A stretch of 64,000 nucleotides of DNA, from IMG/VR virus record IMGVR_UViG_3300044620_001883, positions 136,256-200,255 of that record; one strand, written 5' to 3'. The position numbers and the translations under genes were made by a program. The notes below the pieces were generated by a model. That model was not told the DNA's origin, searched no databases, and was given only the letters and a program-made list of their open reading frames with translations. The DNA is from a virus. Taxonomy: Duplodnaviria > Caudoviricetes. This document shows positions 51,363 to 60,908 of this stretch, one piece after another. Each line of letters opens with the position of its first letter. Positions within the stretch are counted from its first letter, which is position 1.

Positions 51363-52787
51363 ATGGCCTTTTCCAATCCTCCAGCAAAGCAGCGCGAGGC
51401 TACCGCGACATTCAAGACATCCAGCGGCAGCGCCGGAGACGCCGGGGTCATCAGCGCCCAGGTGAACGATTTTACGCGGGCCTACGCGCAGGTGTACCCA
51501 GGCAAGACAAGCGGCACGGCTGAAATCCCGTACGGGGACATTGCAATGCTGCTGGGTCAGATGCAGGCGAACAGTATCAAGCAGGCAAACAGCAAGTTCA
51601 GCGCCACCATCGAGGTCGACAGCGGGTCTGTGTCTTTCGCGGGGTTTGAGATCGAACCAAACCTGCAGATCAGTCCGGGGAGCTTCGCCCCGCAGGTCCA
51701 CGCCGTGCATAACACGGCCTCGTTGCAGCGTCTGAACATGGCAATGTACAGCACCGGTTCTGATGCCCTGAAGAATATCAAAGGCGCGGATATCATTCAA
51801 CGCATCACCGACATCTTGAAGCTCATCGTTGAAAAATGGCGGACGGAGGTGTGGCCCTACCTGACCAAGGAGGACCAGGCGTACACGATGCGCATCCATG
51901 AAATGAATCTGGAACCGCTCAAGATCCTGTACAACATCCTGCAGGCCAGTGGTGAATTCGAGATTACCGGCCTGGCTCAGCTGGCGGAGAAGCTGGAGTC
52001 CGTCAACACCGACGTGAACAACTGGATTCTGAGCTCGCTGACATCGGACACGGACAATTTCTGGACAGCCTTCCTGAGTCTGTTGGGTAAAATTGGTCTC
52101 ATGTATGCGCCAGGTTTTGGCGGGGCATCTGATAACGGGCGGCTGTTCAGCCCTCGTGTGGCTTTCGCAGAAGAGCGCAGCAAAGAGAACATCGACGGGC
52201 TGACGTTTCAACCGTCGCTGCAACTGTCGGAAACACCGATCACGTACGTGATCATGCCGAAGCTGCCGTTCACCAGTCTCAACCGCTCCTACACGGCGAA
52301 CGCCACGTTGCTCCCTGGGCAGGTCCCTTTGTCCGCGTTGAAGTACCCGGAAGGTCAGATATCCGGGAGGGCTGAGGTGGTGGCGCAGCCTCCCTTCCTG
52401 AATCTCGCAGGTGCCAACTACAACCGCAAACCTCAGTGGGGTGACAGCACCAGCATTAACCGGGGAACCAAAGATGCGGAGGATCTGGCCGAAGGGCACA
52501 CGACGCAAATGGATGCCTTGCGGAAGTTCCTGATGGGTTATCTGCGCAACTCGCTGCACGGCCTGCAGCTGCGCGGCTCCTCGGTGAGCGTGTCGACAGC
52601 TCTATCTGACATGGACTGGGAGCTGGGACGGGCCTACGCGATCAAGCAGGGAGGGCAGCCGTTATTCCGCGGGATCTTGTCGTCCTGCGCACATTCGGTG
52701 AGTAGTAGTCCCGACCGCCCCACTGCTAGCACCAGCTTGGGATTTTCGTACGTGCAATGGGGAGGCTTCCGGCTATCCTTCGCTTAA
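51363..52787 (+). CDS. Baseplate hub-like protein (inferred)
   Basis: 474 aa; C-terminal ILSSCAHSVS...STSLGFSYV typical of hub proteins. Confidence 0.45.
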   Translation: MAFSNPPAKQREATATFKTSSGSAGDAGVISAQVNDFTRAYAQVYPGKTSGTAEIPYGDIAMLLGQMQANSIKQANSKFSATIEVDSGSVSFAGFEIEPNLQISPGSFAPQVHAVHNTASLQRLNMAMYSTGSDALKNIKGADIIQRITDILKLIVEKWRTEVWPYLTKEDQAYTMRIHEMNLEPLKILYNILQASGEFEITGLAQLAEKLESVNTDVNNWILSSLTSDTDNFWTAFLSLLGKIGLMYAPGFGGASDNGRLFSPRVAFAEERSKENIDGLTFQPSLQLSETPITYVIMPKLPFTSLNRSYTANATLLPGQVPLSALKYPEGQISGRAEVVAQPPFLNLAGANYNRKPQWGDSTSINRGTKDAEDLAEGHTTQMDALRKFLMGYLRNSLHGLQLRGSSVSVSTALSDMDWELGRAYAIKQGGQPLFRGILSSCAHSVSSSPDRPTASTSLGFSYVQWGGFRLSFA

Positions 52788-52790
52788 TTT

Positions 52791-55700
52791 ATGCTCCCTC
52801 GTCGCATTGACCGTCTGCGTACTGCCTGTCCCCTGACTGCTCAGCCTGTGGGTAGCTGGTTGATACCCACGCGCTCACCTCTGCCCTGTTCGCCTGACGA
52901 GGAGGTACCTGCGCCAACATTCCGCGAGGCGGAGCAGCTGCCAGTGTCCCAACCCGCGCTGCGCATTCCTGACGCGGTGGCCATCTCCAACGCCTACTTT
53001 CGACTGCAGTGTGCCGACTTGGATGGTGGTCCGCACGGTGACCCCGCTGTCGTGGAAGCCGGGGAGATCACACGCTATCTGTACTGGATCGACGTGCCGG
53101 ACATCACCGACATGCAGCTCAATTATCTGGCAGGTCTGACGCCTGAGCAATTGCAGCCTCTGCTCGTATCCGATGTCACGGTGGACACGATCCAGAACAT
53201 CACGAAGCTACACTCGACGCAGCTGGGGTTCGTGCATGGTCTGCTGATGGGTGTGCTGGCCAACGTGCAGGATGCTGTCTTTTCTGCCGCCGTCTCTCGG
53301 ATTCGTTGTGTCTGGAAAAACTCCATCCAAACCGCCACATGCCCGGATCCGGCTGCCGCACGCACCAACCAAAGCGAGGCGGCCGTGCGCGCGGGTGTAC
53401 TGAATCCCGTCACGATACTTGCTGGAGCCTTTGAAAGCGCGGACAGCCAGTCAGCCGCTGACGGTCTTGCCCGCCTCGAAGCCGCACGCAGGCTGACATG
53501 CCTGTTTGGCAACGACGCCTTCGAACTGCGCTGCACTGACGTGGGATACCAAGAGGACGTGCCGACGGATCCGGAGGACGCACCTGCGGCGCCGGATGGT
53601 CGGCGTCGTGTCGGTGCCGTGTTTGTTGAGGCCGACACGGTGTTCGCATCCTCCAAAGCGGAAGCGGCAACGCTGGCCCGGGGGCAGGCCCGCCAGCAGC
53701 TCGACTGTTTTTACATCAACCAGGCCCTGAGTGTGAACTGTGCGGATTTGGACCCCACCCATGCGGGTGTCTTTGTGCTGCCGGTCGACTATGACGCGCA
53801 GGTGGCGGGTAATCCGGTTCAGGTGCCGGCGGGTCGGTTCATCGTTTCCAACACCACTGACAATCAGGCCACCGCTGACGCGCTGGCACGCACCACAGCG
53901 GCGCTCTTGCTGGACTGCCAGTTCCGCAATGTCCGACAGGTTGTGCGTTGCGAGGCCGTCACGATTGGTGGTGTGGTGTTGCCTCCGGCGGATGCCTTGA
54001 AAGAGGTCATCGTCGAGGAAGGAGAGGTGGCGGCAGGAACCCAGGAGGAGGCAGACGCGCTGGCGGTCGAGCTTGGACGGCTTCAGCTCAACTGCCAGTA
54101 CTGCAACGCTTACATCCCACCCTCCTGCTACCCGCCCAACTACGCACCGCCGGAAGGTCAGGCCATCCCGCTGTCAGATGTCACGGCGGACTGGAGTGTG
54201 GACGTGGTGCTGGGGCTGACAGCTGGCACGCTCTGCATGGATGACCCCGCGCAAGTACCGGCGGTGGCGCAAACTATCGCGATCCAGCGTGTCGAGCCAC
54301 CGGAGGCCGGCTGTGTGTACGTCAATGACGAGATGTGGTTCGGTTGTCTGGACGTTCTTCCCGGCGGCGGCACGCTACCCCGTGGAGGGTACCACGCTCC
54401 GTCTTACCCAGGCAACACGCCGGTGGCGGGTTACGAAAGCGTGCCGCTGGCCGATCAGCTGTCGCCGTTCTGCATACCCGACGTCGCGCTTGGCTCCAAG
54501 TCCTACATCGTACTGCCCGCGGGACAGTACCCGATCAACTCCAAAGACGTTCCACCAGGCATGTCCCCGAAACTGTACGCGAACGAGCAGGCGCGCCTCT
54601 ACGGGATGTCGCTTCTGCGTTGTACGTTCGCAAACCCGGAGATGGAGCTTGATTGTGCGTCTGCCTACAACCCACCGTTCGTTCAGGCACAGGTGGCGCA
54701 GGGGAACGGTGAGACTATTTCTGTTCAAGTGCCACGGGCACGCCACGAATCCGCCTTCAGCTTCAGAGACGCTATCCGGGGTGCCCAGCTTGAGGCGCAG
54801 ACTCAGCTGGTGTGTCGTTATGAGAACCCCGAGTTGATTGTACGCTGCTGGCCGCTCTACGGGCAAGCCGGTCAGAGCCCTGCGTTGGTTTCCGGTCTGT
54901 CCTCCGCCACTCTGTTGGTCTACGGGGATGGCACCGCGACCCGCAACTGGGTCGCGGGAACGATCCCTTACTCAGAGGTGGTCACTTTGCAGGACTGGCA
55001 ACCCGGCAGCGTCGCGACACCGGTGGTGGTGCCGCGCGGTACCTTCACATCCTTGCTGTCCAAAGAGGCGGCGATTGCGCAGGCGCTCAATTACGCGATC
55101 TCCAACATGGATTGTACCGGACAGGCGCGTGACACCAACGTCTGCAATGACCCGCTGCTGATCTTCTGTGGTGGTGTGGTGGAGCCCAATCCGGCTTCCC
55201 CGTACCAACCGGGGACAAATTCCGTCATCACGGCAAACCAATCCGTGGCTCCCGGTGGACGTATCCGCATGGGCAACGGTCACAATTATGTCATGAGCCG
55301 CAACCAGGCCACAGGGGTCTGGAGCATGCTGGATCTAGGCTGCTCAAACGATCCGCTGGGAGGCTGCTCTGGGAGTGGACTTATCGTACCGCCGTGTATT
55401 GCCACGGCCCAGACTCGGGATGAGGCCAATGCCCTGGCCTACCAGATCATGCGGTCACAATTGAACTGTGCCGGTTCCGCGGATGTGCCCGACTTGTCGG
55501 GGTTGGGTGGCGGCGGTGGGGGCGACGACGGGGGTGGTGGGGGCGGCGGTGGAAGCGACAATGACGGCGCACCTGAATACTGCCCGCTGACCGTTTACCA
55601 AAAGAAGGACAGAGACGGTAAAATCATAAAGGGCAGGTTCGGCATCACAGGAGGTTTCGTCAACCGCAAGGCGGTCAGGTACGGCTCCCGCAACGGTTCG

Positions 55701-56012
55701 GTCATTTCCAAGCTGGCCCCACCCACGATCAGCCTCACCAATGGTACCATTTACCTGACCAGCGAATGGGATCTCACGTTCACACTTGGTTACTTGGACC
55801 TGGCGACTGCGACCGCTCACTTTGTGCGCAGCACAGGCGGAGGACTTCCGACTGATAATCTCAAGGACGGTGTGTTTCACCTGGCTTTGGCCACGGTGAG
55901 TGGCGGGGTGTTGGTCGACAACTTCACTTCCTGCAGCAATCTGTCGGAGTTCGTGTACGACGCACAAACTGAAGATGAAGAAGCGGTTATCGTTATCGTG
56001 AAAGGCTACTGA
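52791..56012 (+). CDS. Large Cys-repeat tail/baseplate protein (DUF5977-like repeats)
   Basis: Eight C-x-[FWY]-x-N-x6-C units, most preceded by V-x-V-x-(A/E/R)G...S-x-x-(E/A)A-x-x-(L/Q)A; poly-Gly linker; distinct C-terminal domain. Confidence 0.7.
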   Translation: MLPRRIDRLRTACPLTAQPVGSWLIPTRSPLPCSPDEEVPAPTFREAEQLPVSQPALRIPDAVAISNAYFRLQCADLDGGPHGDPAVVEAGEITRYLYWIDVPDITDMQLNYLAGLTPEQLQPLLVSDVTVDTIQNITKLHSTQLGFVHGLLMGVLANVQDAVFSAAVSRIRCVWKNSIQTATCPDPAAARTNQSEAAVRAGVLNPVTILAGAFESADSQSAADGLARLEAARRLTCLFGNDAFELRCTDVGYQEDVPTDPEDAPAAPDGRRRVGAVFVEADTVFASSKAEAATLARGQARQQLDCFYINQALSVNCADLDPTHAGVFVLPVDYDAQVAGNPVQVPAGRFIVSNTTDNQATADALARTTAALLLDCQFRNVRQVVRCEAVTIGGVVLPPADALKEVIVEEGEVAAGTQEEADALAVELGRLQLNCQYCNAYIPPSCYPPNYAPPEGQAIPLSDVTADWSVDVVLGLTAGTLCMDDPAQVPAVAQTIAIQRVEPPEAGCVYVNDEMWFGCLDVLPGGGTLPRGGYHAPSYPGNTPVAGYESVPLADQLSPFCIPDVALGSKSYIVLPAGQYPINSKDVPPGMSPKLYANEQARLYGMSLLRCTFANPEMELDCASAYNPPFVQAQVAQGNGETISVQVPRARHESAFSFRDAIRGAQLEAQTQLVCRYENPELIVRCWPLYGQAGQSPALVSGLSSATLLVYGDGTATRNWVAGTIPYSEVVTLQDWQPGSVATPVVVPRGTFTSLLSKEAAIAQALNYAISNMDCTGQARDTNVCNDPLLIFCGGVVEPNPASPYQPGTNSVITANQSVAPGGRIRMGNGHNYVMSRNQATGVWSMLDLGCSNDPLGGCSGSGLIVPPCIATAQTRDEANALAYQIMRSQLNCAGSADVPDLSGLGGGGGGDDGGGGGGGGSDNDGAPEYCPLTVYQKKDRDGKIIKGRFGITGGFVNRKAVRYGSRNGSVISKLAPPTISLTNGTIYLTSEWDLTFTLGYLDLATATAHFVRSTGGGLPTDNLKDGVFHLALATVSGGVLVDNFTSCSNLSEFVYDAQTEDEEAVIVIVKGY

Positions 56013-56632
56013 TGGCACGCACCCCTATAGACCTCGTCCCCGCTGCCACCAACTGGAACTTGGGCACCATCGGGTATTTGTCTTCGGAGACGCTTGCGCG
56101 GTTCAAACGATACTACCTTCCAGGCGATGATGGCGTGGTGTTGAAAAAGACCCCAGGCGCATACCGCAATTACTGCGTACTCAGGTACAAGCTCAAGACA
56201 TTGTCGCGCGAGCGCACGGGGTTTCCTCCAGATGATGTTCTGGAGGATGAGGAGGAACACATCTACGACTACGACTGGCATGCGCCGTTTGTTTTTGGTC
56301 GTACTGAGTGTTTTACGTTTCCGTACTGGGGTTTGAACAATCCCTACACGCAGATACTTCCATTGATATTTGGCGAGAATCAGTACAGAGGTAGTGACGG
56401 TACGTACGATCTGGCTATCTGGACATTAAAGGCCCAGGGGCATAAGATACCCTTTCGGATTTACTACACGGTGGTGTCCGACGCGGCCGGCGGGGGAGAT
56501 GAAAGAGAGGAAGATGAAACCTTCAAAGATTTCAACAAGGGCGCAGGGTGGGAGCATAAGATAGAATGGGTCACAGATCCCGGGCGCTACAGTTGGTTGA
56601 TCAACGTGCGGCTCGCCCCGCTCCCTGCCTGA
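56012..56632 (+). CDS. Hypothetical protein, visibly more A/T-rich
   Basis: 206 aa, TGATG-coupled to the Cys-repeat gene. Confidence 0.7.
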   Translation: MARTPIDLVPAATNWNLGTIGYLSSETLARFKRYYLPGDDGVVLKKTPGAYRNYCVLRYKLKTLSRERTGFPPDDVLEDEEEHIYDYDWHAPFVFGRTECFTFPYWGLNNPYTQILPLIFGENQYRGSDGTYDLAIWTLKAQGHKIPFRIYYTVVSDAAGGGDEREEDETFKDFNKGAGWEHKIEWVTDPGRYSWLINVRLAPLPA

Positions 56633-56643
56633 ATAAAATCTTC

Positions 56644-56671
56644 TTGCGGGACACCGCAGCGTGGACAGTAT
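56644..56671 (+). promoter_or_regulatory. Putative promoter TTGCGG-N16-CAGTAT; leaderless to ATG 56678
   Basis: Pattern match with a 6-nt gap to the ATG. Confidence 0.45.
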
Positions 56672-56677
56672 CCGGAC

Positions 56678-57100
56678 ATGGACGTTATGAATACTTGCCT
56701 GTTGATTTGGGTTGCCGGGTTGTTGAGCGTGGCCTCGGGGTTGTACCTTTGGTTTTCAACCTCAATCGGTGCCGAGTTCGCCATTCTGCTACGTGACCTG
56801 GGTTTCTTCAAACAGGGGACGGAGGATGCGTTGGAGGTTATGACTCGACGAGACTTCTCGGTATGGTTGATCCTGCTGGAATCGCGCCAAAAACTCCCAC
56901 GCCGTCTTGTGCATATTCTCCAGTGTCCTGGTTGTCTGTCCGTCCATCTCAGCCTGCTGGTCAGCTTGTTGGGCTGCCTGTGCGCCGCGCGTTATGTGCC
57001 CAGTCTCCAGTTCCTGGACCTTGCGATCTTTTCACTTGTTTGCATCCTCACCTGGCCGTGGTTGGTGTGTCGTATGACTGCAACGAGCATCCAATCATGA
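56678..57100 (+). CDS. Membrane protein with a CxxC motif (DUF1360-like)
   Basis: Three hydrophobic helices; ILQCPGCLSVHLS. Confidence 0.6.
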   Translation: MDVMNTCLLIWVAGLLSVASGLYLWFSTSIGAEFAILLRDLGFFKQGTEDALEVMTRRDFSVWLILLESRQKLPRRLVHILQCPGCLSVHLSLLVSLLGCLCAARYVPSLQFLDLAIFSLVCILTWPWLVCRMTATSIQS

Positions 57101-57534
57101 AAGGCGCGATAACAGACAACTTGATCACCTGGCACATCCAGCGACGCAACGCCGCGGGTATTCTTCGCCCCTGTGCGCTGGTGTTGGAACGCGGCACAGG
57201 TATCGTGGTGTCGGAACATTGCGAGCCAGACGCACCTGTCACGGGTGTGGCCGGACTGCGCGGGGCGGCTGAGCAGATGGGGATACCGACCACAACCTCG
57301 CTGGGTCCGAACGGGGTGACGGTGAAGATTCTATCCGGCAACATCCCCGACTCCACACAGCGCGAACTGGAGTTCTTCCAGCTGGACGTGCCTTGCGACT
57401 TTCCCGGGTGTGAGCAACTACGGGAGCAGTACAAGAAGGACATCGAAAGTCTTCCGCCTAAGTGTCCAATGTGTGAGTACGGGGCCGTCATGCGCAAGTA
57501 CACCGCACGCATGCGGGCAATGCTGCAGTCATGA
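57097..57534 (+). CDS. Hypothetical protein with a C-terminal Cys motif
   Basis: PCDFPGCEQLREQY...CPMCEYGAVMRKY. Confidence 0.7.
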   Translation: MKGAITDNLITWHIQRRNAAGILRPCALVLERGTGIVVSEHCEPDAPVTGVAGLRGAAEQMGIPTTTSLGPNGVTVKILSGNIPDSTQRELEFFQLDVPCDFPGCEQLREQYKKDIESLPPKCPMCEYGAVMRKYTARMRAMLQS

Positions 57535-57719
57535 ACACTCCAACCATCCCAGGGTTGAATGCTTTCCCAGATCTGCAGCGCGATTACCAGAATGCCTACC
57601 GGCAGGCACGCCTTGTATCCTGCGGGCATTGTGACAGCGCGCAGGTGGTGCGGCGTTTCACGATGATCCTCATGCAACGTCAGCGTCTCACGGTTGCGCC
57701 CGTCCGCCGTCCGCGATAA
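57531..57719 (+). CDS. Small CxxC protein, paralogous to the C-terminus of the upstream gene
   Basis: FPDLQRDY...SCGHCDSAQVVRRF. Confidence 0.65.
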   Translation: MNTPTIPGLNAFPDLQRDYQNAYRQARLVSCGHCDSAQVVRRFTMILMQRQRLTVAPVRRPR

Positions 57720-57722
57720 GGT
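57694..57722 (+). promoter_or_regulatory. Putative promoter TTGCGC-N17-TAAGGT; leaderless to the sigma gene
   Basis: 5-nt gap to ATG 57728. Confidence 0.45.
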
Positions 57723-57727
57723 GCGGC

Positions 57728-58444
57728 ATGTCGAACGACTGGGAACCACACTACGAGGCCTGGCGCGCTGATCCCACACCGGACCAGATGAACGCGGTCG
57801 TGACCGCGCTTGCCCCGACCATTCAGCAGCAGCTTGCACGCTCCGGGATGCATCAGGACCCGCTCATGAAGGCCAAGGCACGCACGCTGGCGGCAAGCGC
57901 AGTGAGCTCATGGGAACCTGGCAAGGGGTCCAACCTTCCAACCTGGGTCGGGCACCAGATGACCCAGCTGCACAGGTTCCGCAGGTTGAACTCGCAGGTT
58001 CTCCAAGTCCCGGAAGGACTGCAGCTCGACGCGCTCAAACTTGAGAACGCCCGCCGGTCCTTTGAGGATGAGCATGGACGGGACCCTGACGAGGATGAGT
58101 TGTCGGACTACAGCGGGTTGCCTTTGCGCCGCATGCGGGACATCCGTATCGGGACGCCCACCACACCAGGCAGCGCCGCCTTGGCTGAGGGGATTGGGCA
58201 GCAAACATCGCCAGAACACACCGTGGAGGCCATGGCCGCGGTTTATGGTGATTCTGACAAGGTTGACCGCACCATCATGGAGGGGCGGCTCGGTTACAAC
58301 AACCGCCCACAGCGGCCCACGCTGCACATCCTGCAAGCCACCAAGCTGTCCCCACCGCAGCTCGCGCGCCGGGTAACAGCCCTGGCCCGCCGGATCCAGG
58401 CCGTCACATCAGACCTTGAACATTTGTACGGAACAGCCTCATGA
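57728..58444 (+). CDS. Sigma70-family RNA polymerase sigma factor
   Basis: AVSSWEPGKGSNLPTW (region 2.3); RRLNSQVLQVP...FEDEHGRDPDEDELSDYSGL (region 3); RTIMEGRLGY...PTLHILQATKLS (region 4-like). Confidence 0.82.
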   Translation: MSNDWEPHYEAWRADPTPDQMNAVVTALAPTIQQQLARSGMHQDPLMKAKARTLAASAVSSWEPGKGSNLPTWVGHQMTQLHRFRRLNSQVLQVPEGLQLDALKLENARRSFEDEHGRDPDEDELSDYSGLPLRRMRDIRIGTPTTPGSAALAEGIGQQTSPEHTVEAMAAVYGDSDKVDRTIMEGRLGYNNRPQRPTLHILQATKLSPPQLARRVTALARRIQAVTSDLEHLYGTAS

Positions 58445-58788
58445 AACTGAAACCCTTCAAAACCTCCGCCGACGGTTACAGCGGCATCGACACCGTTATC
58501 CGGAACATGATGGGCAAAGAAGGGCACACGTTGTTCGGTGACACCTATGATGATGGCACCACCACCTTCCCGACCCTGAAACCTGAGGGCGAAAAACGCA
58601 GCAAGCAGGCCGGTTTGGCGCGGGAACGGCTGGGGCCCCGCGTGAAGCTCGGTTATCAGATGGCGTTGCAGCGCGACGCCATGTACGCTTACGCCTCCCG
58701 TGGACGTCTGAACCTGCACGCCTGGCAATCTGACATCATGCTATCTTTGGACGCCGGCCGACAACTTGAATACGCTCAACTCGCATGA
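58441..58788 (+). CDS. Hypothetical protein
   Basis: 115 aa, coupled on both sides. Confidence 0.65.
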   Translation: MKLKPFKTSADGYSGIDTVIRNMMGKEGHTLFGDTYDDGTTTFPTLKPEGEKRSKQAGLARERLGPRVKLGYQMALQRDAMYAYASRGRLNLHAWQSDIMLSLDAGRQLEYAQLA

Positions 58789-59174
58789 CGGGACTACGCT
58801 TACAGTTTGACGGGCTCCAAGGGTGGCATCTGCTGCCGGGAGAAGCCGTGTCGGGCTTCGACGCATCTGTGCAGTGTGCGTTGGTCGGGCTTGGAACCGA
58901 CAAGGGATCCAACCTGCTCGTCCCCGACTTTGGCACGGATCTGCTGGCCGCCGGTCTATTTGGTCTGCTGTCAGACATCACCAACACGCAGCATCTGGCG
59001 AATTTCGCGGCGGCGGAAACCAAAGAGGTGATCAATAACAACACAGAGGACGGTACAGAGATCAGCAACCTGTACCTCCAGCCAGAAGTGTTTGCTCCCC
59101 CGTTCATCAGCTTCTCGGCCTCAATGGTATCGACGAAGAGAGAGACACGAGGTATCGTGCTGACAGCCAACTAA
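58785..59174 (+). CDS. Baseplate wedge gp25/gpW-like protein
   Basis: LGTDKGSNLLVPDFGTDL; directly before baseplate J. Confidence 0.7.
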   Translation: MTGLRLQFDGLQGWHLLPGEAVSGFDASVQCALVGLGTDKGSNLLVPDFGTDLLAAGLFGLLSDITNTQHLANFAAAETKEVINNNTEDGTEISNLYLQPEVFAPPFISFSASMVSTKRETRGIVLTAN

Positions 59175-59183
59175 TCGTCCCGT

Positions 59184-60908
59184 ATGTCCTTCGACCTCAT
59201 CTCCACCTATTTCCCACCGGCAGCTGATCTGACACCTGAGGAGCTGCAGAGCGCGCGTGCGCGTCTGGGCAGTTGGTACAAGACCGTGGATGCCGAGCTG
59301 GACATGCGCCCGGGCTCTGTGTTTGGAACCTGGGCTCTAGACCCCTTTGCACGCTTCATCGCAGGGCTCGAGGTTGCACTGTCTCGTCAGCGGGCGGATT
59401 TGGATGTGGGCGGGATCGCCCAGGGTGTCGTCTACGACTGCGACTTCGCGGAAGCCTACCTGGCAGCACTTGGTGGAAAGCGGCAGGAGGCCTTGAACAC
59501 GGTGGGTTACGTGCGGTTGGAATTCTCATCGAACGTGGATGTCGACATTCCCGGTGGTCTTCGCATTCTCTTCAATGACCAGGACGTCTTCTTGCCGCTG
59601 ACTTTCCCTGCGGGACCTCTGCGTATCCGCAAAATGGGCACTGTGGCCGCCACATCCACGACGCTGCCGCTGCGCATGATCGGACTGTCCCGCTACGCTG
59701 TCGTGCTACCTGTGACGGGTTTTGCTGCCACCGTGCTGGCTGGAGCCAAGGCGCAATGGGACAGCGACATCACAGGACTGGCATCCATCACCGCAATCAG
59801 TGATTTCGTGGCAGGACGAAGCAACAACTCGGTGCCCGCTATTGCGGCCCGCACCGCCCAAACTTTCCACGCCTCCGGCTTCGCGACCCGCTCGGGCATC
59901 CGCCGGGAAATTGAGCTGGCCCTCCCCGACATCACGGGGGTCACGACCACGATGGCCAGCGACCCCGAGATGCTCCGGACTGGCAGCACCGCGCTCGGGG
60001 TCGGCGACGGTGTCGTGGATGTCCATGTACGGTCGAGCTGCCGTACTACCTATGAGCAGTCCCTCTACGTCGAGTATATTCCAGACCAGAACGCCGTCGA
60101 GGTCGAGCGGTTCCTGACCGCCTGGACACCCCTGGCACAACCGACCCGGATCCTCGATATCCGGTGGACCGGGGACCTGACGGTACCGCTCACCTACAAG
60201 ATCTACAGCCGCAGCGCTGCCCCGGTCCGTGCACCCCTCCTGACCTGCGCGTTCTCGAACCTCGAACAGTACGAGATCGCGATCGAGATGCCCAAGACCC
60301 CCGCGGGCGTGCCCCGAATCAACCTGGAGCAGCTCACCAGCGGTGACTTCGCGTGGTTCAAGATCACCTATGAGGGCGACGCAGCCGTCGCGGCAGTCCA
60401 GCAGTACGCCGACCACGAAACACCCGCGGGCCTGGATGTCCTGATCAAGGCCCCGATCCAACTCGTGATCACGAAACTGGTCTTCAATTACACGAGACAG
60501 CCCGGGATCCTGTTCAACACCGAGCAGGCCCAGCAGGACATCGAGCAGTACGTGGCAAACCTCATGGCACCCGCCCGCCTCTCCGCTGCGGACCTGCAGG
60601 ACCGCCTCTACAGTGCGGGCGCTGAACGGATCCTTTCCGTCGAGACCCGCGCACAGCTCCTCCTGAGTGTCGCGGACTACTGCGTCCCGGAGGACACAGC
60701 CGCGATCCTGGATGACTATGCTGCAGTGGTCGCGGCGGCGCGCTCCGTTCCACTCGTGGTCCTCAATGACATTCAGGGATTGAACCCCACCTATACGGAT
60801 CTGCGCGTGGGCGAAGCTGACGAAACCCTCGGGGCCGCCGGACGCCGCAACATCGCCTACACGCTGATTCCCGGCGCCCTGGCTTTCCACTACGATGAAA
60901 CAGCCTAA
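59184..60908 (+). CDS. Baseplate J/gp6-like wedge protein
   Basis: LDMRPGSVFG...; GFATRSGIRREIE...PDITGV...DPEMLR; GVVDVHV. Confidence 0.75.
   Translation: MSFDLISTYFPPAADLTPEELQSARARLGSWYKTVDAELDMRPGSVFGTWALDPFARFIAGLEVALSRQRADLDVGGIAQGVVYDCDFAEAYLAALGGKRQEALNTVGYVRLEFSSNVDVDIPGGLRILFNDQDVFLPLTFPAGPLRIRKMGTVAATSTTLPLRMIGLSRYAVVLPVTGFAATVLAGAKAQWDSDITGLASITAISDFVAGRSNNSVPAIAARTAQTFHASGFATRSGIRREIELALPDITGVTTTMASDPEMLRTGSTALGVGDGVVDVHVRSSCRTTYEQSLYVEYIPDQNAVEVERFLTAWTPLAQPTRILDIRWTGDLTVPLTYKIYSRSAAPVRAPLLTCAFSNLEQYEIAIEMPKTPAGVPRINLEQLTSGDFAWFKITYEGDAAVAAVQQYADHETPAGLDVLIKAPIQLVITKLVFNYTRQPGILFNTEQAQQDIEQYVANLMAPARLSAADLQDRLYSAGAERILSVETRAQLLLSVADYCVPEDTAAILDDYAAVVAAARSVPLVVLNDIQGLNPTYTDLRVGEADETLGAAGRRNIAYTLIPGALAFHYDETA

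Noticed and set aside
57531-57719. CGHC as a thioredoxin/PDI active site
   Set aside because: The protein is only 62 aa with no thioredoxin-fold pattern (no W before CxxC, no cis-Pro segment). It is kept only as a generic CxxC.
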